64,000 bases of DNA from Chloroflexota bacterium. GTDB taxonomy: Bacteria > Chloroflexota > Limnocylindria > QHBO01. Positions 8,833-17,624 of this stretch are shown here, in pieces (position 1 is the stretch's first letter; every line of letters begins with the position of its first letter). The notes beneath the pieces are model-generated. The model had not been told where the DNA came from, ran no database searches, and saw only the letters and a program-made list of their open reading frames with translations. The position numbers and the translations under genes are program-made. The stretch covers positions 489,141 through 553,140 of the forward strand of contig JBBPIR010000001.1 of the NCBI GenBank assembly GCA_038040195.1, given 5' to 3'.

Positions 8833-10152
8833 TCAGGATGGTGGGTCCGGGGGTGCCGTCCGCACTGAGCCATCCGCCTCGTCGATGATGACCTCGAGCA
8901 TGGACCAGGCAACGCGGAGGGCCATCTCCACCGCAGCTGGACTCGCGGCCCGGGCGAACAGGAAGCCGAGGTACCGGTCACCTTCGGGGAGCGGAACGAG
9001 CGCCTCCCCGCGCGGGATCGTGATCGACAGGCCGTCGATGTTGGGGACGGCCCGGGCGGCCGACTGACCGCGAACCTCGCGAAGCCGCCCGGCGTGCCGG
9101 ATCGGGAGCATGAGGACGCCCGACGCGGACCGCTCGCGGTGGTGGGGCGGCAGGTCGAGGCCGGCGGCGTGGCGGAGGATGAGCTCCTCCAGGCTGACGC
9201 CGGCGCCGAATCGAAGGGTCCGAGCGCACAGCCCGCCGATCGAGCGAGCGGCGACCTCGAGGACCCACGCCCCCTCGTCGTTCAGGCGGACCTCGGCGTG
9301 GATCGGGCCTTCGCGAAGGCCGAGCGCCCGAGTGGCCAAGGCGGCGGTCGCCTCAACCTCGCGTCGTCGCTTCGGGGAGAGGCGCGACGGGGTAACGAAG
9401 AGAGTCTCTTCGAAGAACGGTCCGTCGAGCGGGTCGGGCTTGTCGAAGACCGCGAGGACCTCGAGCTCACCGGCGCGGAGCAGGCCTTCGATCGCCAACT
9501 CGACACCGGGAATGAAGTCCTCGACCAGGATCCCGGGGACGCGCGCAGGTTTGGCGGGCGCCGCGGGCTTGCCGACCGTGGCGGCGGTGGCGGCGGTCTC
9601 ATCGCAACCGAGGATTCGGGCAACCCGCCGGAAGGCGGCAACCAGCTCGGCCGGGTCGTTCGCCCGGATGACGCCCTGGCTCCCCGACCGATCGAGTGGC
9701 TTCACGACGCACGGGTAGCGGGTATCGGCCGCGAGCGCAGCGAGGGCGGCCGGGCCTGACGTGGCCGGATACGTTGCAAATCGTGGGGTCGGCAGACCGG
9801 CGGCCGCGAACGCCGTGCGGGCGTGCGCCTTGTCACGGCTCCGCTCGACCGCGGCCACCGAGTTGTGCGGCAGGCCGAGCCGTTCGGCTGCCGCGGCGGC
9901 CACTAGGGTCGACCCGTCGTCGACGCCGACGACGGCATCGAGCCGACGTTCGCGGGCGTACCGCTCGATCGTCGCGGCGCCCCGCTCGGCATCGTCGAGC
10001 TGGACACGGATCGTCCCAGCCCCGGCCACCGACTCGAGCACGTTCCGTCGCTCCGCCCCGACCACCACGTCCACCCCGAGCCGATCCGCAGCGGCGAGGA
10101 AGTCGGCCGTACGGTAGGTCCGCGTCGGGAGGAGCAGGAGGATCCGGGTCAT
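8833..10152 (-). CDS. ATP-grasp domain protein (carboxylate-amine ligase-like)
   Basis: 439 aa; ATP-grasp architecture (KAHARTAFAAAGLPTP, YPCVVKPLDRSGSQGV, EVAARSIGG); specific substrate unknown. Confidence 0.55.
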   Translation of the reverse strand: MTRILLLLPTRTYRTADFLAAADRLGVDVVVGAERRNVLESVAGAGTIRVQLDDAERGAATIERYARERRLDAVVGVDDGSTLVAAAAAERLGLPHNSVAAVERSRDKAHARTAFAAAGLPTPRFATYPATSGPAALAALAADTRYPCVVKPLDRSGSQGVIRANDPAELVAAFRRVARILGCDETAATAATVGKPAAPAKPARVPGILVEDFIPGVELAIEGLLRAGELEVLAVFDKPDPLDGPFFEETLFVTPSRLSPKRRREVEATAALATRALGLREGPIHAEVRLNDEGAWVLEVAARSIGGLCARTLRFGAGVSLEELILRHAAGLDLPPHHRERSASGVLMLPIRHAGRLREVRGQSAARAVPNIDGLSITIPRGEALVPLPEGDRYLGFLFARAASPAAVEMALRVAWSMLEVIIDEADGSVRTAPPDPPS

Positions 10153-10187
10153 GGCCGAATTCTGCGCCAGTTGTACGATTCAGCGAA

Positions 10188-10775
10188 ATGGACGCCCCGC
10201 TCCTGCTCATCACACGCGAGGCGCAGGCCAAGGTCGCGGCGGCCGCCAGGAGCGCCGGCTACCCCGACGCCCGGCTTCGCGTGGCGATTGCCGGTCGGCG
10301 CGGAGCGAGCTTCGCATATGACCTCTCTCTGGTTCGGCCGGACCGGGTCGACCCGGCGGACCTCGTCGTCGAGACCCCGCTCGGCGTCGTCTATGTCGCG
10401 GCTGCCGATGCCGAGCGACTGCGCGGCGCCACGATCGGCCTGGACGCCACCGTATCCGGCGGGGCGATCGCGATCGACAACCCGAACGTCGGCTGGACCG
10501 ATCCACTCGCCGTGCGGGTCCAGGAGGTACTCGACACGCAGGTCAATCCCGGCGTTGCCGCCCACGGCGGCTACATCGACCTCCTCGAGGTCCGGGACGG
10601 GACGGCCTACATCTCGATGGGCGGTGGATGCGTCGGCTGTGCCCAGGTGGACGTCACCCTCCGTCAAGGGGTGGAGGTTGCTATCAAGCGGTCCGTTCCC
10701 GAGATCGTCGCTATCGTCGACACCACCGACCACGCGTCGGGCACCAATCCCTACTACCAGTCCGCCAAGAAGTAG
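10188..10775 (+). CDS. Fe-S cluster assembly protein, HesB/IscA-like domain fused to NifU C-terminal (Nfu) domain (NfuA-like)
   Basis: start chosen at ATG 10188 (MDAPLLLITREAQ) inside longer track ORF; C-terminal Nfu motif GGGCVGC with GYIDLLEV. Confidence 0.55.
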   Translation: MDAPLLLITREAQAKVAAAARSAGYPDARLRVAIAGRRGASFAYDLSLVRPDRVDPADLVVETPLGVVYVAAADAERLRGATIGLDATVSGGAIAIDNPNVGWTDPLAVRVQEVLDTQVNPGVAAHGGYIDLLEVRDGTAYISMGGGCVGCAQVDVTLRQGVEVAIKRSVPEIVAIVDTTDHASGTNPYYQSAKK

Positions 10776-10899
10776 GGATGAGCATCACGCACTTCCTCGA
10801 TGGCGACTAGCCGATTCGTGCGCGTTGACACTGTCGTGGGATTGACCGTGACGACATGATTGCGCCCGGCACGGCCGGCCTCGGAGAGCTGGCGACCGT

Positions 10900-12654
10900 A
10901 TGAGCCCCAGACCAGAGAGCCGCACGCGCCCGTGCAACGTCCTGGTCATCGGGACCGGCGGGGCCGGCCTCAGAGCTGCGATTGCGGCCCGCCAGGCCGG
11001 TGTCGACGTGGTGGTCATCGGCAAGCGGAGCCGACTGGATGCCCATACCGTGCTCGCCGCCGGCGGTATCAACGCGGCGCTTGGCACCGTCGACCCGGAG
11101 GACTCATGGCAGCAGCATTTCGCCGACACCATGCGAGAGGGCTATTACCTGAGCGACCCGCGCGTCGTCGAGATCATGACCAGCGAGGCACCGCTGGCAA
11201 TCAATGAGCTCGCTGAGTGGGGCTGCCCATTCGCGCGCACCGACGACGGCAAGCTTGACCAACGCTACTTCGGCGCCCACACGTTTCGGCGCACGTGCTA
11301 CGCCGGGGACTACACCGGGCGAGCCGTCCTGTCTACCCTGGCCGAACAGGTGCAGAAGCTCGATATCCCGGTGATCGAAGACCAGTACGTCTCGCGCCTG
11401 CTCACCGCCGACAGCCAGTGCTTTGGTGCGCTTGCCTTCGATCTCCACACCGGGGATCGCACGGTCTTTGAGGCCGACGCAGTCGTCCTGTGCGGCGGCG
11501 GGCATACGCGCATCTGGCGTCGCAGCTCGTCGCGGCGCGACGAGAACTACGGCGAGGGCATGTGGCTGGCCTTCCAGGCCGGGGCGCGCCTGATGGACAT
11601 GGAGCTCGTCCAGTTCCATCCCACCGGGATGCTGCTGCCGGAGGAGGCCGCCGGCACGCTGGTCACCGAGGCCGTGCGCGGCGAAGGCGGGCGACTGTAC
11701 AACGCCGAAGGCGAGCGCTTCATGCAGCGCTACGACCCCCAGCGGATGGAGCTGAGCAGCCGCGACCGCATCGCCCTGGCCAACTACACCGAGATCCAGG
11801 AAGGCCGGGGCGGCCCCAACGGCGGCGTCTTCCTCGACGTGACCCACCTGGGCAAGGACGTGATCCTGGAAAAGCTGCCGCGGATGTACCGCCAGTTCGT
11901 GGAGTATCAGATGCTCGACATTGCCAAAGAGCCCATGGAGGTCGCGCCCACGGCGCACTACTCGATGGGCGGGATCGTGGTCGATCCGCCGACCCACGCC
12001 ACCGACGTTGGCGGACTGTACGCCGCCGGCGAATGCACGGCGGGACTGCACGGTGCCAACCGGCTGGGTGGCAACTCGCTGGTGGAGACTCTGGTGTTCG
12101 GTCGGCGCGCCGGTGAGGCAGCGGCGCGATCTTCGCTGGAGCGCGAATCGCGGCTTCGCTCCAAACAAGTCACCGACGAGGCACACGCCGACCTCGACAG
12201 GCTGATCGACAACGGTACCGAGCTCAGCCGGGCCCTGCAGCGCGCGGTCCGCAACATCATGTGGGAGCACTGCGGCGTGGTGCGCGAAGCCAGCGACATG
12301 GAGCGGGCACTCGGCATGCTGGACGAGGTCCGCTCAGCGCTGCCGAGCGTCGACGTGCGCCCCAGCGAAGAGGGATGGGGCGACCTGGCCCACGTCCTCG
12401 ACGTCCAGGCCATGCTGGGCACCGCCGAAGCCACCCTGCGGGGGGCGATCGCGCGCGAAGAGAGCCGTGGTGCGCACAACCGTTCGGACTTCCCGGAGCT
12501 GGATCCGGCGATGGAGGTCAATTTCATCGTCGGGCGCGGCAGTGACGCCCGGATGGCGCTGGAACCCGCACCCGTTCCGGCGGTCTCCGTGGAGCTCCGA
12601 TCGTGGCTCGCGCGAGCGGGGAATATCGACCCCGCGGGGCGGCTTCTAGAATGA
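10900..12654 (+). CDS. succinate dehydrogenase/fumarate reductase flavoprotein-subunit family FAD oxidoreductase (orphan)
   Basis: 584 aa; VLVIGTGGAGLRAA, covalent-FAD type His in DAHTVLAAGG, RGEGG, HYSMGGI, RLGGNSL; no adjacent Fe-S or membrane subunit. Confidence 0.7.
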   Translation: MSPRPESRTRPCNVLVIGTGGAGLRAAIAARQAGVDVVVIGKRSRLDAHTVLAAGGINAALGTVDPEDSWQQHFADTMREGYYLSDPRVVEIMTSEAPLAINELAEWGCPFARTDDGKLDQRYFGAHTFRRTCYAGDYTGRAVLSTLAEQVQKLDIPVIEDQYVSRLLTADSQCFGALAFDLHTGDRTVFEADAVVLCGGGHTRIWRRSSSRRDENYGEGMWLAFQAGARLMDMELVQFHPTGMLLPEEAAGTLVTEAVRGEGGRLYNAEGERFMQRYDPQRMELSSRDRIALANYTEIQEGRGGPNGGVFLDVTHLGKDVILEKLPRMYRQFVEYQMLDIAKEPMEVAPTAHYSMGGIVVDPPTHATDVGGLYAAGECTAGLHGANRLGGNSLVETLVFGRRAGEAAARSSLERESRLRSKQVTDEAHADLDRLIDNGTELSRALQRAVRNIMWEHCGVVREASDMERALGMLDEVRSALPSVDVRPSEEGWGDLAHVLDVQAMLGTAEATLRGAIAREESRGAHNRSDFPELDPAMEVNFIVGRGSDARMALEPAPVPAVSVELRSWLARAGNIDPAGRLLE

Positions 12655-12667
12655 CGCGCTCGCGTAG

Positions 12668-12694
12668 GTAGATAGAGCGGTCCGAAGTTACCGG
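12668..12694. repeat. third copy of ~27 bp motif (GTAGATAGAGCGGTCCGAAGTTACCGG) upstream of GH130 gene
   Basis: matches 8714..8740 at 24/27 positions. Confidence 0.5.
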
Positions 12695-12738
12695 ACTTCG
12701 TCGAACCCGCCGACCGAGCCGGTCTAGACTCACTGCCA

Positions 12739-13710
12739 ATGTCCTCCGGCCGCGCCCTTTTCACGCGCTTTCCCGGTAATCCGATCATTCGTGCAGCCGA
12801 CCTTCCCTACGACGCGAACGCGGTCTTCAACCCGGGCGCAGCCGAGGTCAACGGTGAGACCGTCCTTCTCCTTCGCGTGGAGGACCTCCGCGGCATCAGC
12901 CACCTCACCGTTGCCCGCAGCCGGGACGGGGTCAGCGACTGGCGAATCAACAGTGAGCCGAGCTTGCGCTCCGCCCCGGTGCGGTACCCGGAGGAGGTGT
13001 GGGGCATCGAGGATCCGCGGCTGACGTGGCTTGAGGAGATGCAGGCCTGGGTGATCGCCTACACCGCCTACAGCCGGCGCGGCCCGCTCGTCTCCTTTGC
13101 ACGCACGGCCGACTTCCGATCCTTCCGGAGGTTTGGCGCGGCGCTTCTGCCGGAGGACAAGGACGCCGCCCTGTTTCCGCGGCGATTCGGCGGCCGATGG
13201 GCGGTCATCCACCGTCCGACGCCGGTGCACGGGAACGCGAGCATGTGGATCTCCTATTCGCCCGACCTACGCCACTGGGGCGATTTCAGCCTGCTCCTCG
13301 AGCCACGCGAGGGCGCGTGGTGGGACTCGGCCAAGATCGGGCTGGGACCCCCGCCGCTGGAGACCCCCGAGGGCTGGTTGGTCATGTACCACGGTAGTCA
13401 TCTCACGGCCAGCGGCGCCCTGTACCGGACTGGGCTCGCCCTGCTCGATCTCGAGGACCCCAGGACCGTCCTGCGACGCAGCGACGAATGGGTGATCGGG
13501 CCGACTGAGCCCTATGAGCGGGTCGGCGACGTGGGCGGCGTCGTCTTCCCGTGCGGCTGGGTGCTGCATCGGGCGACCAACGAGCTCCGCGTGTACTACG
13601 GCGCAGCCGATACGTCCGTCGCGCTCGCCACCGCGCGCCTGGACGATGTGCTCGAGTACCTGCGCAGCTCCCCCCGGCCGACGCCGCAGAGGCGCCGGGT
13701 GCGCCTCTAG
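12739..13710 (+). CDS. glycoside hydrolase family 130 (mannoside phosphorylase-like)
   Basis: 323 aa; GH130 five-bladed propeller signatures NPGAAEVNGETVLLLRVED, IEDPRL, FPCGWV. Confidence 0.7.
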   Translation: MSSGRALFTRFPGNPIIRAADLPYDANAVFNPGAAEVNGETVLLLRVEDLRGISHLTVARSRDGVSDWRINSEPSLRSAPVRYPEEVWGIEDPRLTWLEEMQAWVIAYTAYSRRGPLVSFARTADFRSFRRFGAALLPEDKDAALFPRRFGGRWAVIHRPTPVHGNASMWISYSPDLRHWGDFSLLLEPREGAWWDSAKIGLGPPPLETPEGWLVMYHGSHLTASGALYRTGLALLDLEDPRTVLRRSDEWVIGPTEPYERVGDVGGVVFPCGWVLHRATNELRVYYGAADTSVALATARLDDVLEYLRSSPRPTPQRRRVRL

Positions 13711-16091
13711 CGGGCGACCTTCACGGCCGCCTGCAGGCCACGCAGGCTAGCGGGTGCCTGCCGAACCTCGCGGATCCGTTCCACGGCCAGCAGCCACGCG
13801 AGCGTCGACTCGGCGCCGCAGTTCGCGTTCACCCCATACGGACCCAGCCCGTCGTGGCAGGCTCCGGCCTGCGGGACGGCCAACGCCAGCCCGAGATGAT
13901 TCTCGCCGAGGAACCACGCGTAGGCGCGCTCCATGTCGTCCAGCCAGCGGGCATCACCGGTCACGATCAGGGCAGCGCGAGCGGCCTCCAGCAGCGACGT
14001 CGCTTCGATCGGCTGCTGGTCGAAGGACGCCGGGCGCCCACCACGGGGCCACCAGCCGCGGTTCCCGATGGGGACCAGGTGTCCGTCGGCGTCCGTCTGC
14101 GCGGCGAGCAGCCAGTCCAGCAGGCGGGCGCCGAGCTCGACCCAGCGGTCCTGGTTCAGCAAGTCGCCGGCGCTGAGGAGCGCCTGCGGCAGGGTCCCGT
14201 TGTCGTAGGTCACCGTCGCCTCTGGCCATGGCCAATCGGCAGTTGCAGGCGGGATGGATGCCGCCAGCGTTGTGGTGAGGCTCGCGAGCGATTGCCGCAG
14301 CGCTGGGCTCCCCGCAGAACGCAGGGCGGCCGCGCAGCCTAGGATCGCGTAGCAGCGTGGCCGGAGGTGAGCGAAGGCCAGCGCAGCCGGCAGGGCGGTG
14401 GTGAAGAGCTTCGACGCCAGGCGACGCGCCACATGGTCGTCGGAGCGGGCCAGGAACTCCCCGAGCGCCTGCAACGCGCGGCCGTGGCAGTCCTCGGAGC
14501 CGATCCGTTCAAGCCACACACCATCGGCACTCCGGAGGTTCCGGAAGCGTCCCGCCGCTGGGTCATAGGCGTCATCCAGAAAGCGCAGCGATCGGTGAAT
14601 CGAGGCCGTCACCGCTGGCCCTGGAGCCTGCTCCGCGTGGAGCAGATCCACCACCAGGGCACGCGCCACGTCATCGGTGCAGGTGCCGTGGCGCGGATCG
14701 GCAGTTTCGCCAATCGCATGCTGCCAGATCCCGCGCCCGGTCCCCAGGCGGGAAAGATGATGCCGTTCGATCCGCGGGAGGACCCGCGCCGGCAGAGTCT
14801 TGGCGGTGACGCGACCGTCAGACCGGGCGGCCTCTGGCCCGATCATCTGGACCGGTCGCAGCGCATGGCGCGCTTCGCCGGCCACCTGGGAGAAGATTGC
14901 CCGGTAGCCGTCGCCGACGGCGTCCCAACTCATGTCGGCGGCCAGCGCGCGTGCGCGGTTCCCGATTTTCTGCCGCTCAACGGGATGGGTGAGGAGCGCG
15001 AACAGCCGGTCGGCGAGCGCCTCGACGTCGTCGAATGGAAACAGGACCCCGCGGCCGTCGGCGAGGAGCTCCCGCGCGTACTCGTAGGGTGTCGAGATGC
15101 ACGCTCGACCGGCGGCCACGGCATATGCCAGCGTCCCCGAGGCAGCCTGCTCGGCGTTCCCGTACGGGGTGACGAAGAGGTCCGCGGCCTGCAGCCAGGC
15201 CACCAGCTCGTTGTCATCGACGTAGCGATCCACGAACAGGAGGTGACGCTCGAGGCCGAGCGCCTGCGCCCGCGCAGCGAGGGCAGCGCGATAGCGTTCC
15301 CCGTTTCGGAGCCGCACCTCTGGGTGCGTGGCACCGACGATCGCGAATCGAGTCTGTGGGACACGATCGCGGATTCTGGCGAGGGCATCGATCACCAATT
15401 CGAGGCGCTTGGCTGGACCAAGCAGGCCGAACGAAAGGATGAGAGGCCCTTCTGGCAAGCCGAGGCGGGCCCGTGCCTCGGCTGGGTCGACTATCTCGAT
15501 CTGCGGTACGCCGTGGGGAATGACCTGCAATGCATCGGACGGGGCCTCGTATTCGGTGCTGAGCAGGTGCCGCGCACGTTCGCTCATTACCACGACACGC
15601 GCCGATCGCCGCACCAGCTCGACGAGGATGGCGCGCTGGAGCGGTGTGGGATGGGGGCGGACCGTGTGCAGGGTGGTGACGAGGGGCACCCGCAACGCCG
15701 CCGCGAGCCCGAGGACGTGACGGCCGGATGGGCCACCGAATATGCCGTACTCGTGCTGGAGCGAGACGACCTCGGTACCAGCGACGGCCAGGTGGGCGGC
15801 GGCGGCGACATACGCCTCGGCGTCGGAGCGCTTCAGGCGGAAGGTGACCTCGGGCGGATACCGGGGCGGGTCCCGGCGGCCGCGGTCTACCGCGACCACC
15901 AGCGGTGTGCGCGCGCCCGGCGGTGTGAGATCTACCAGTGCGTCGCGCAGGTCACGCGTGAAGGTGGCGATCCCGCAACGCCGAGGCGGATAGGTCCCTA
16001 CCAAGGCCAGGGCCGGAAGGTCCTGCCACGTCGCGGTCATCCTCACCTCCCGGCGCGGGCACAGCAGGTGTCGCGGATGGAGCGACGCCAT
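13707..16091 (-). CDS. GT4 glycosyltransferase fused to ~390 aa C-terminal glycosidase-like domain
   Basis: 794 aa; N-terminal GT4 (GIATFTRDL, C-terminal EQAASGTLAYAVAAGRACISTPY with E-x7-E); C-terminal half Trp/Ala-rich, alpha-helical, unassigned. Confidence 0.55.
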   Translation of the reverse strand: MASLHPRHLLCPRREVRMTATWQDLPALALVGTYPPRRCGIATFTRDLRDALVDLTPPGARTPLVVAVDRGRRDPPRYPPEVTFRLKRSDAEAYVAAAAHLAVAGTEVVSLQHEYGIFGGPSGRHVLGLAAALRVPLVTTLHTVRPHPTPLQRAILVELVRRSARVVVMSERARHLLSTEYEAPSDALQVIPHGVPQIEIVDPAEARARLGLPEGPLILSFGLLGPAKRLELVIDALARIRDRVPQTRFAIVGATHPEVRLRNGERYRAALAARAQALGLERHLLFVDRYVDDNELVAWLQAADLFVTPYGNAEQAASGTLAYAVAAGRACISTPYEYARELLADGRGVLFPFDDVEALADRLFALLTHPVERQKIGNRARALAADMSWDAVGDGYRAIFSQVAGEARHALRPVQMIGPEAARSDGRVTAKTLPARVLPRIERHHLSRLGTGRGIWQHAIGETADPRHGTCTDDVARALVVDLLHAEQAPGPAVTASIHRSLRFLDDAYDPAAGRFRNLRSADGVWLERIGSEDCHGRALQALGEFLARSDDHVARRLASKLFTTALPAALAFAHLRPRCYAILGCAAALRSAGSPALRQSLASLTTTLAASIPPATADWPWPEATVTYDNGTLPQALLSAGDLLNQDRWVELGARLLDWLLAAQTDADGHLVPIGNRGWWPRGGRPASFDQQPIEATSLLEAARAALIVTGDARWLDDMERAYAWFLGENHLGLALAVPQAGACHDGLGPYGVNANCGAESTLAWLLAVERIREVRQAPASLRGLQAAVKVAR

Positions 16092-16385
16092 GCCCGGCCC
16101 TGATGGCTGCGACGACCACGTGCATCAGCAGAGATCGTGGACCTGAGCAGCGGGGTCCGGATCTGCGAACACGCGTCGCGGCTGCACGTGCTCATGGAGC
16201 TGCGCAACTTGAGCGGGCCCCGTCGCGGGGCCTCGTGGTAGCACCCGATGGTATCGCCGGCGGTGGCCGCGGGTCAAATCGCCGCATTCGCGGCGAGCCG
16301 GCGTTCAGGTCGCAGCCGGGGCGTCAAACCGAACAGACGATCGCGCCTCCGATTCGTGAGCGGGGCAACTTCGTGCTCAGAAGAC

Positions 16386-16460
16386 TGGAGCCGAAGGTGG
16401 GATTCGAACCCACGACCGACGGTTTACGAAACCGTTGCTCTACCCCTGAGCTACTTCGGC
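16386..16460 (-). tRNA. tRNA-Thr (anticodon CGT)
   Basis: manual fold: acceptor GCCGAAG/CTTCGGC, D arm GCTC-AGGGGTA-GAGC, anticodon arm ACGGT-TTCGTAA-ACCGT, T arm GTGGG-TTCGAAT-CCCAC, discriminator T, encoded CCA. Confidence 0.8.
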
Positions 16461-17339
16461 CCGATCGCCGGCCGATTTTAGCGCCTCTCCCTTTGCGCTC
16501 CCCAACCTGACCGAGGGCGGCGCCCAGCCGTGGAGCAGCTCGTCGTGGTAGCGCGGCCCGCGCTCCAGCGAACGGGGAATGGGGGCCATCCGCGCCTTTC
16601 CGCGCTGGACCAGGGCGAAGTACGGGCACAGGTCGGTGAGCGGGCACAGGCCGCAGATGGGGCGCGGGGCGCGGCACACCTCCCGCCCGTGGCGTATGAG
16701 CAGCACGTGCCCGGCGTACATGGCCTCGGGCGGCACCACTTCCTCCAGCAGGTCGTGGGCCCGGGTCAGGTCGGTCTTGGGCGGGAGCAGGCCCAGCCGG
16801 GAGGCGACTCGATAGACGTGGGTGTCGACCGGCAGCGCGGGCCGGCCGAACGCGAACAGGAGCACGATCGATGCCGTCTTGCGCCCAATCCCGGGCAGGC
16901 CCACCAGCCACTCGCGGGCCCGCTCGAGCGGCCACTCCCGCAGGTACCCGAGGTCCCAGGTCCCGTTCGTGGCGTCGTGGACCTCGGCCAGAACGAGCTG
17001 GATGCGGCGGGACTTGGTTGGGGCCAGCCCGCCGGGCCGGATGACGTCTGCCAGTTCGTCGGTCGGCGCAGCCAGCACGGCGTCCCACGACGGGTAGGCA
17101 GCCCGCAGGGCCACGAAGGCGCGGTGCGAATTCGTGTCGGCCGTGTTCTGGGCCAGCACGGTCAGGACCAGCTCCGCGACGGGGTCCAGCCGCGGACCGG
17201 ACCAGACCGGCATTCCGTATCGGTCAGCCAGGCGTTCCAGGATGGGACGGATGCGCGCGCGCCGCACGCGGCGCAGCGCGGCCAGCCGGCGGCGGTTGAC
17301 CCGCGATCGCACCCTGCGAGGTCGTGCGGCGTCCGTCAC
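16440..17339 (-). CDS. nth: endonuclease III family DNA glycosylase (HhH-GPD, 4Fe-4S)
   Basis: HhH motif LVGLPGIGRKTASIVLLFAF, catalytic D in PVDTHVYRV, Fe-S loop CRAPRPICGLCPLTDLCP; start uncertain (GTG 17339 chosen; track ORF extends to 17537); 3' end overlaps tRNA. Confidence 0.6.
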   Translation of the reverse strand: MTDAARPRRVRSRVNRRRLAALRRVRRARIRPILERLADRYGMPVWSGPRLDPVAELVLTVLAQNTADTNSHRAFVALRAAYPSWDAVLAAPTDELADVIRPGGLAPTKSRRIQLVLAEVHDATNGTWDLGYLREWPLERAREWLVGLPGIGRKTASIVLLFAFGRPALPVDTHVYRVASRLGLLPPKTDLTRAHDLLEEVVPPEAMYAGHVLLIRHGREVCRAPRPICGLCPLTDLCPYFALVQRGKARMAPIPRSLERGPRYHDELLHGWAPPSVRLGSAKGEALKSAGDRAEVAQG

Positions 17340-17624
17340 GCGGCTCCCAGCCTCGCGGTCTCGCGGGCATACCCGGCCCAGGCCCCGGCTCCGAGTCGCG
17401 AGGCCTGGCCCAGGTCGACGATCCGACCCCGACCATCCTGCCGCGTGGCCCACGCGTCCGCGTGGTCGGGTGAGCAGAGCAGCACGGTTGGGGTGCAGAA
17501 CTCGGCCCTCAAGTCCGTTCCGCCGGCGGCCAACCACAGGCGCTGGGGTGGCTCGGCCTCGGCCCCGATCGGTACCCGGAGCGTGAATGCGGTGCGCCGC
17601 ACGATCTCGTCGACGTCTCGCACG

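Larger units (their letters stand above)
8460..16385. mobile_element. candidate tRNA-Thr-inserted genomic island (integrase not detected)
   Basis: 7.9 kb segment flanked by intact tRNA-Thr and 46 bp direct repeat of its 3' end; carries accessory-type genes; no recombinase recognisable. Confidence 0.35.

Noticed and set aside
10900-12654. Annotating the flavoprotein as L-aspartate oxidase NadB
   Set aside because: The length (584 aa), the covalent-FAD His context (DAHTVLAAGG) and the HYSMGG/RLGGNSL motifs fit SdhA/FrdA better. No nadA/nadC is adjacent.
14367-16103. 578-aa plus-strand ORF antisense to the GT4-fusion gene
   Set aside because: Low-complexity R/G/P-rich product with no motifs. 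The opposite strand encodes a well-supported GT4 protein.
8460-16385. Calling the island a prophage or ICE
   Set aside because: No integrase, excisionase, capsid, terminase, relaxase or T4SS-like ORFs are present. Only the att-like repeat supports mobility, so it is labelled a candidate island only.
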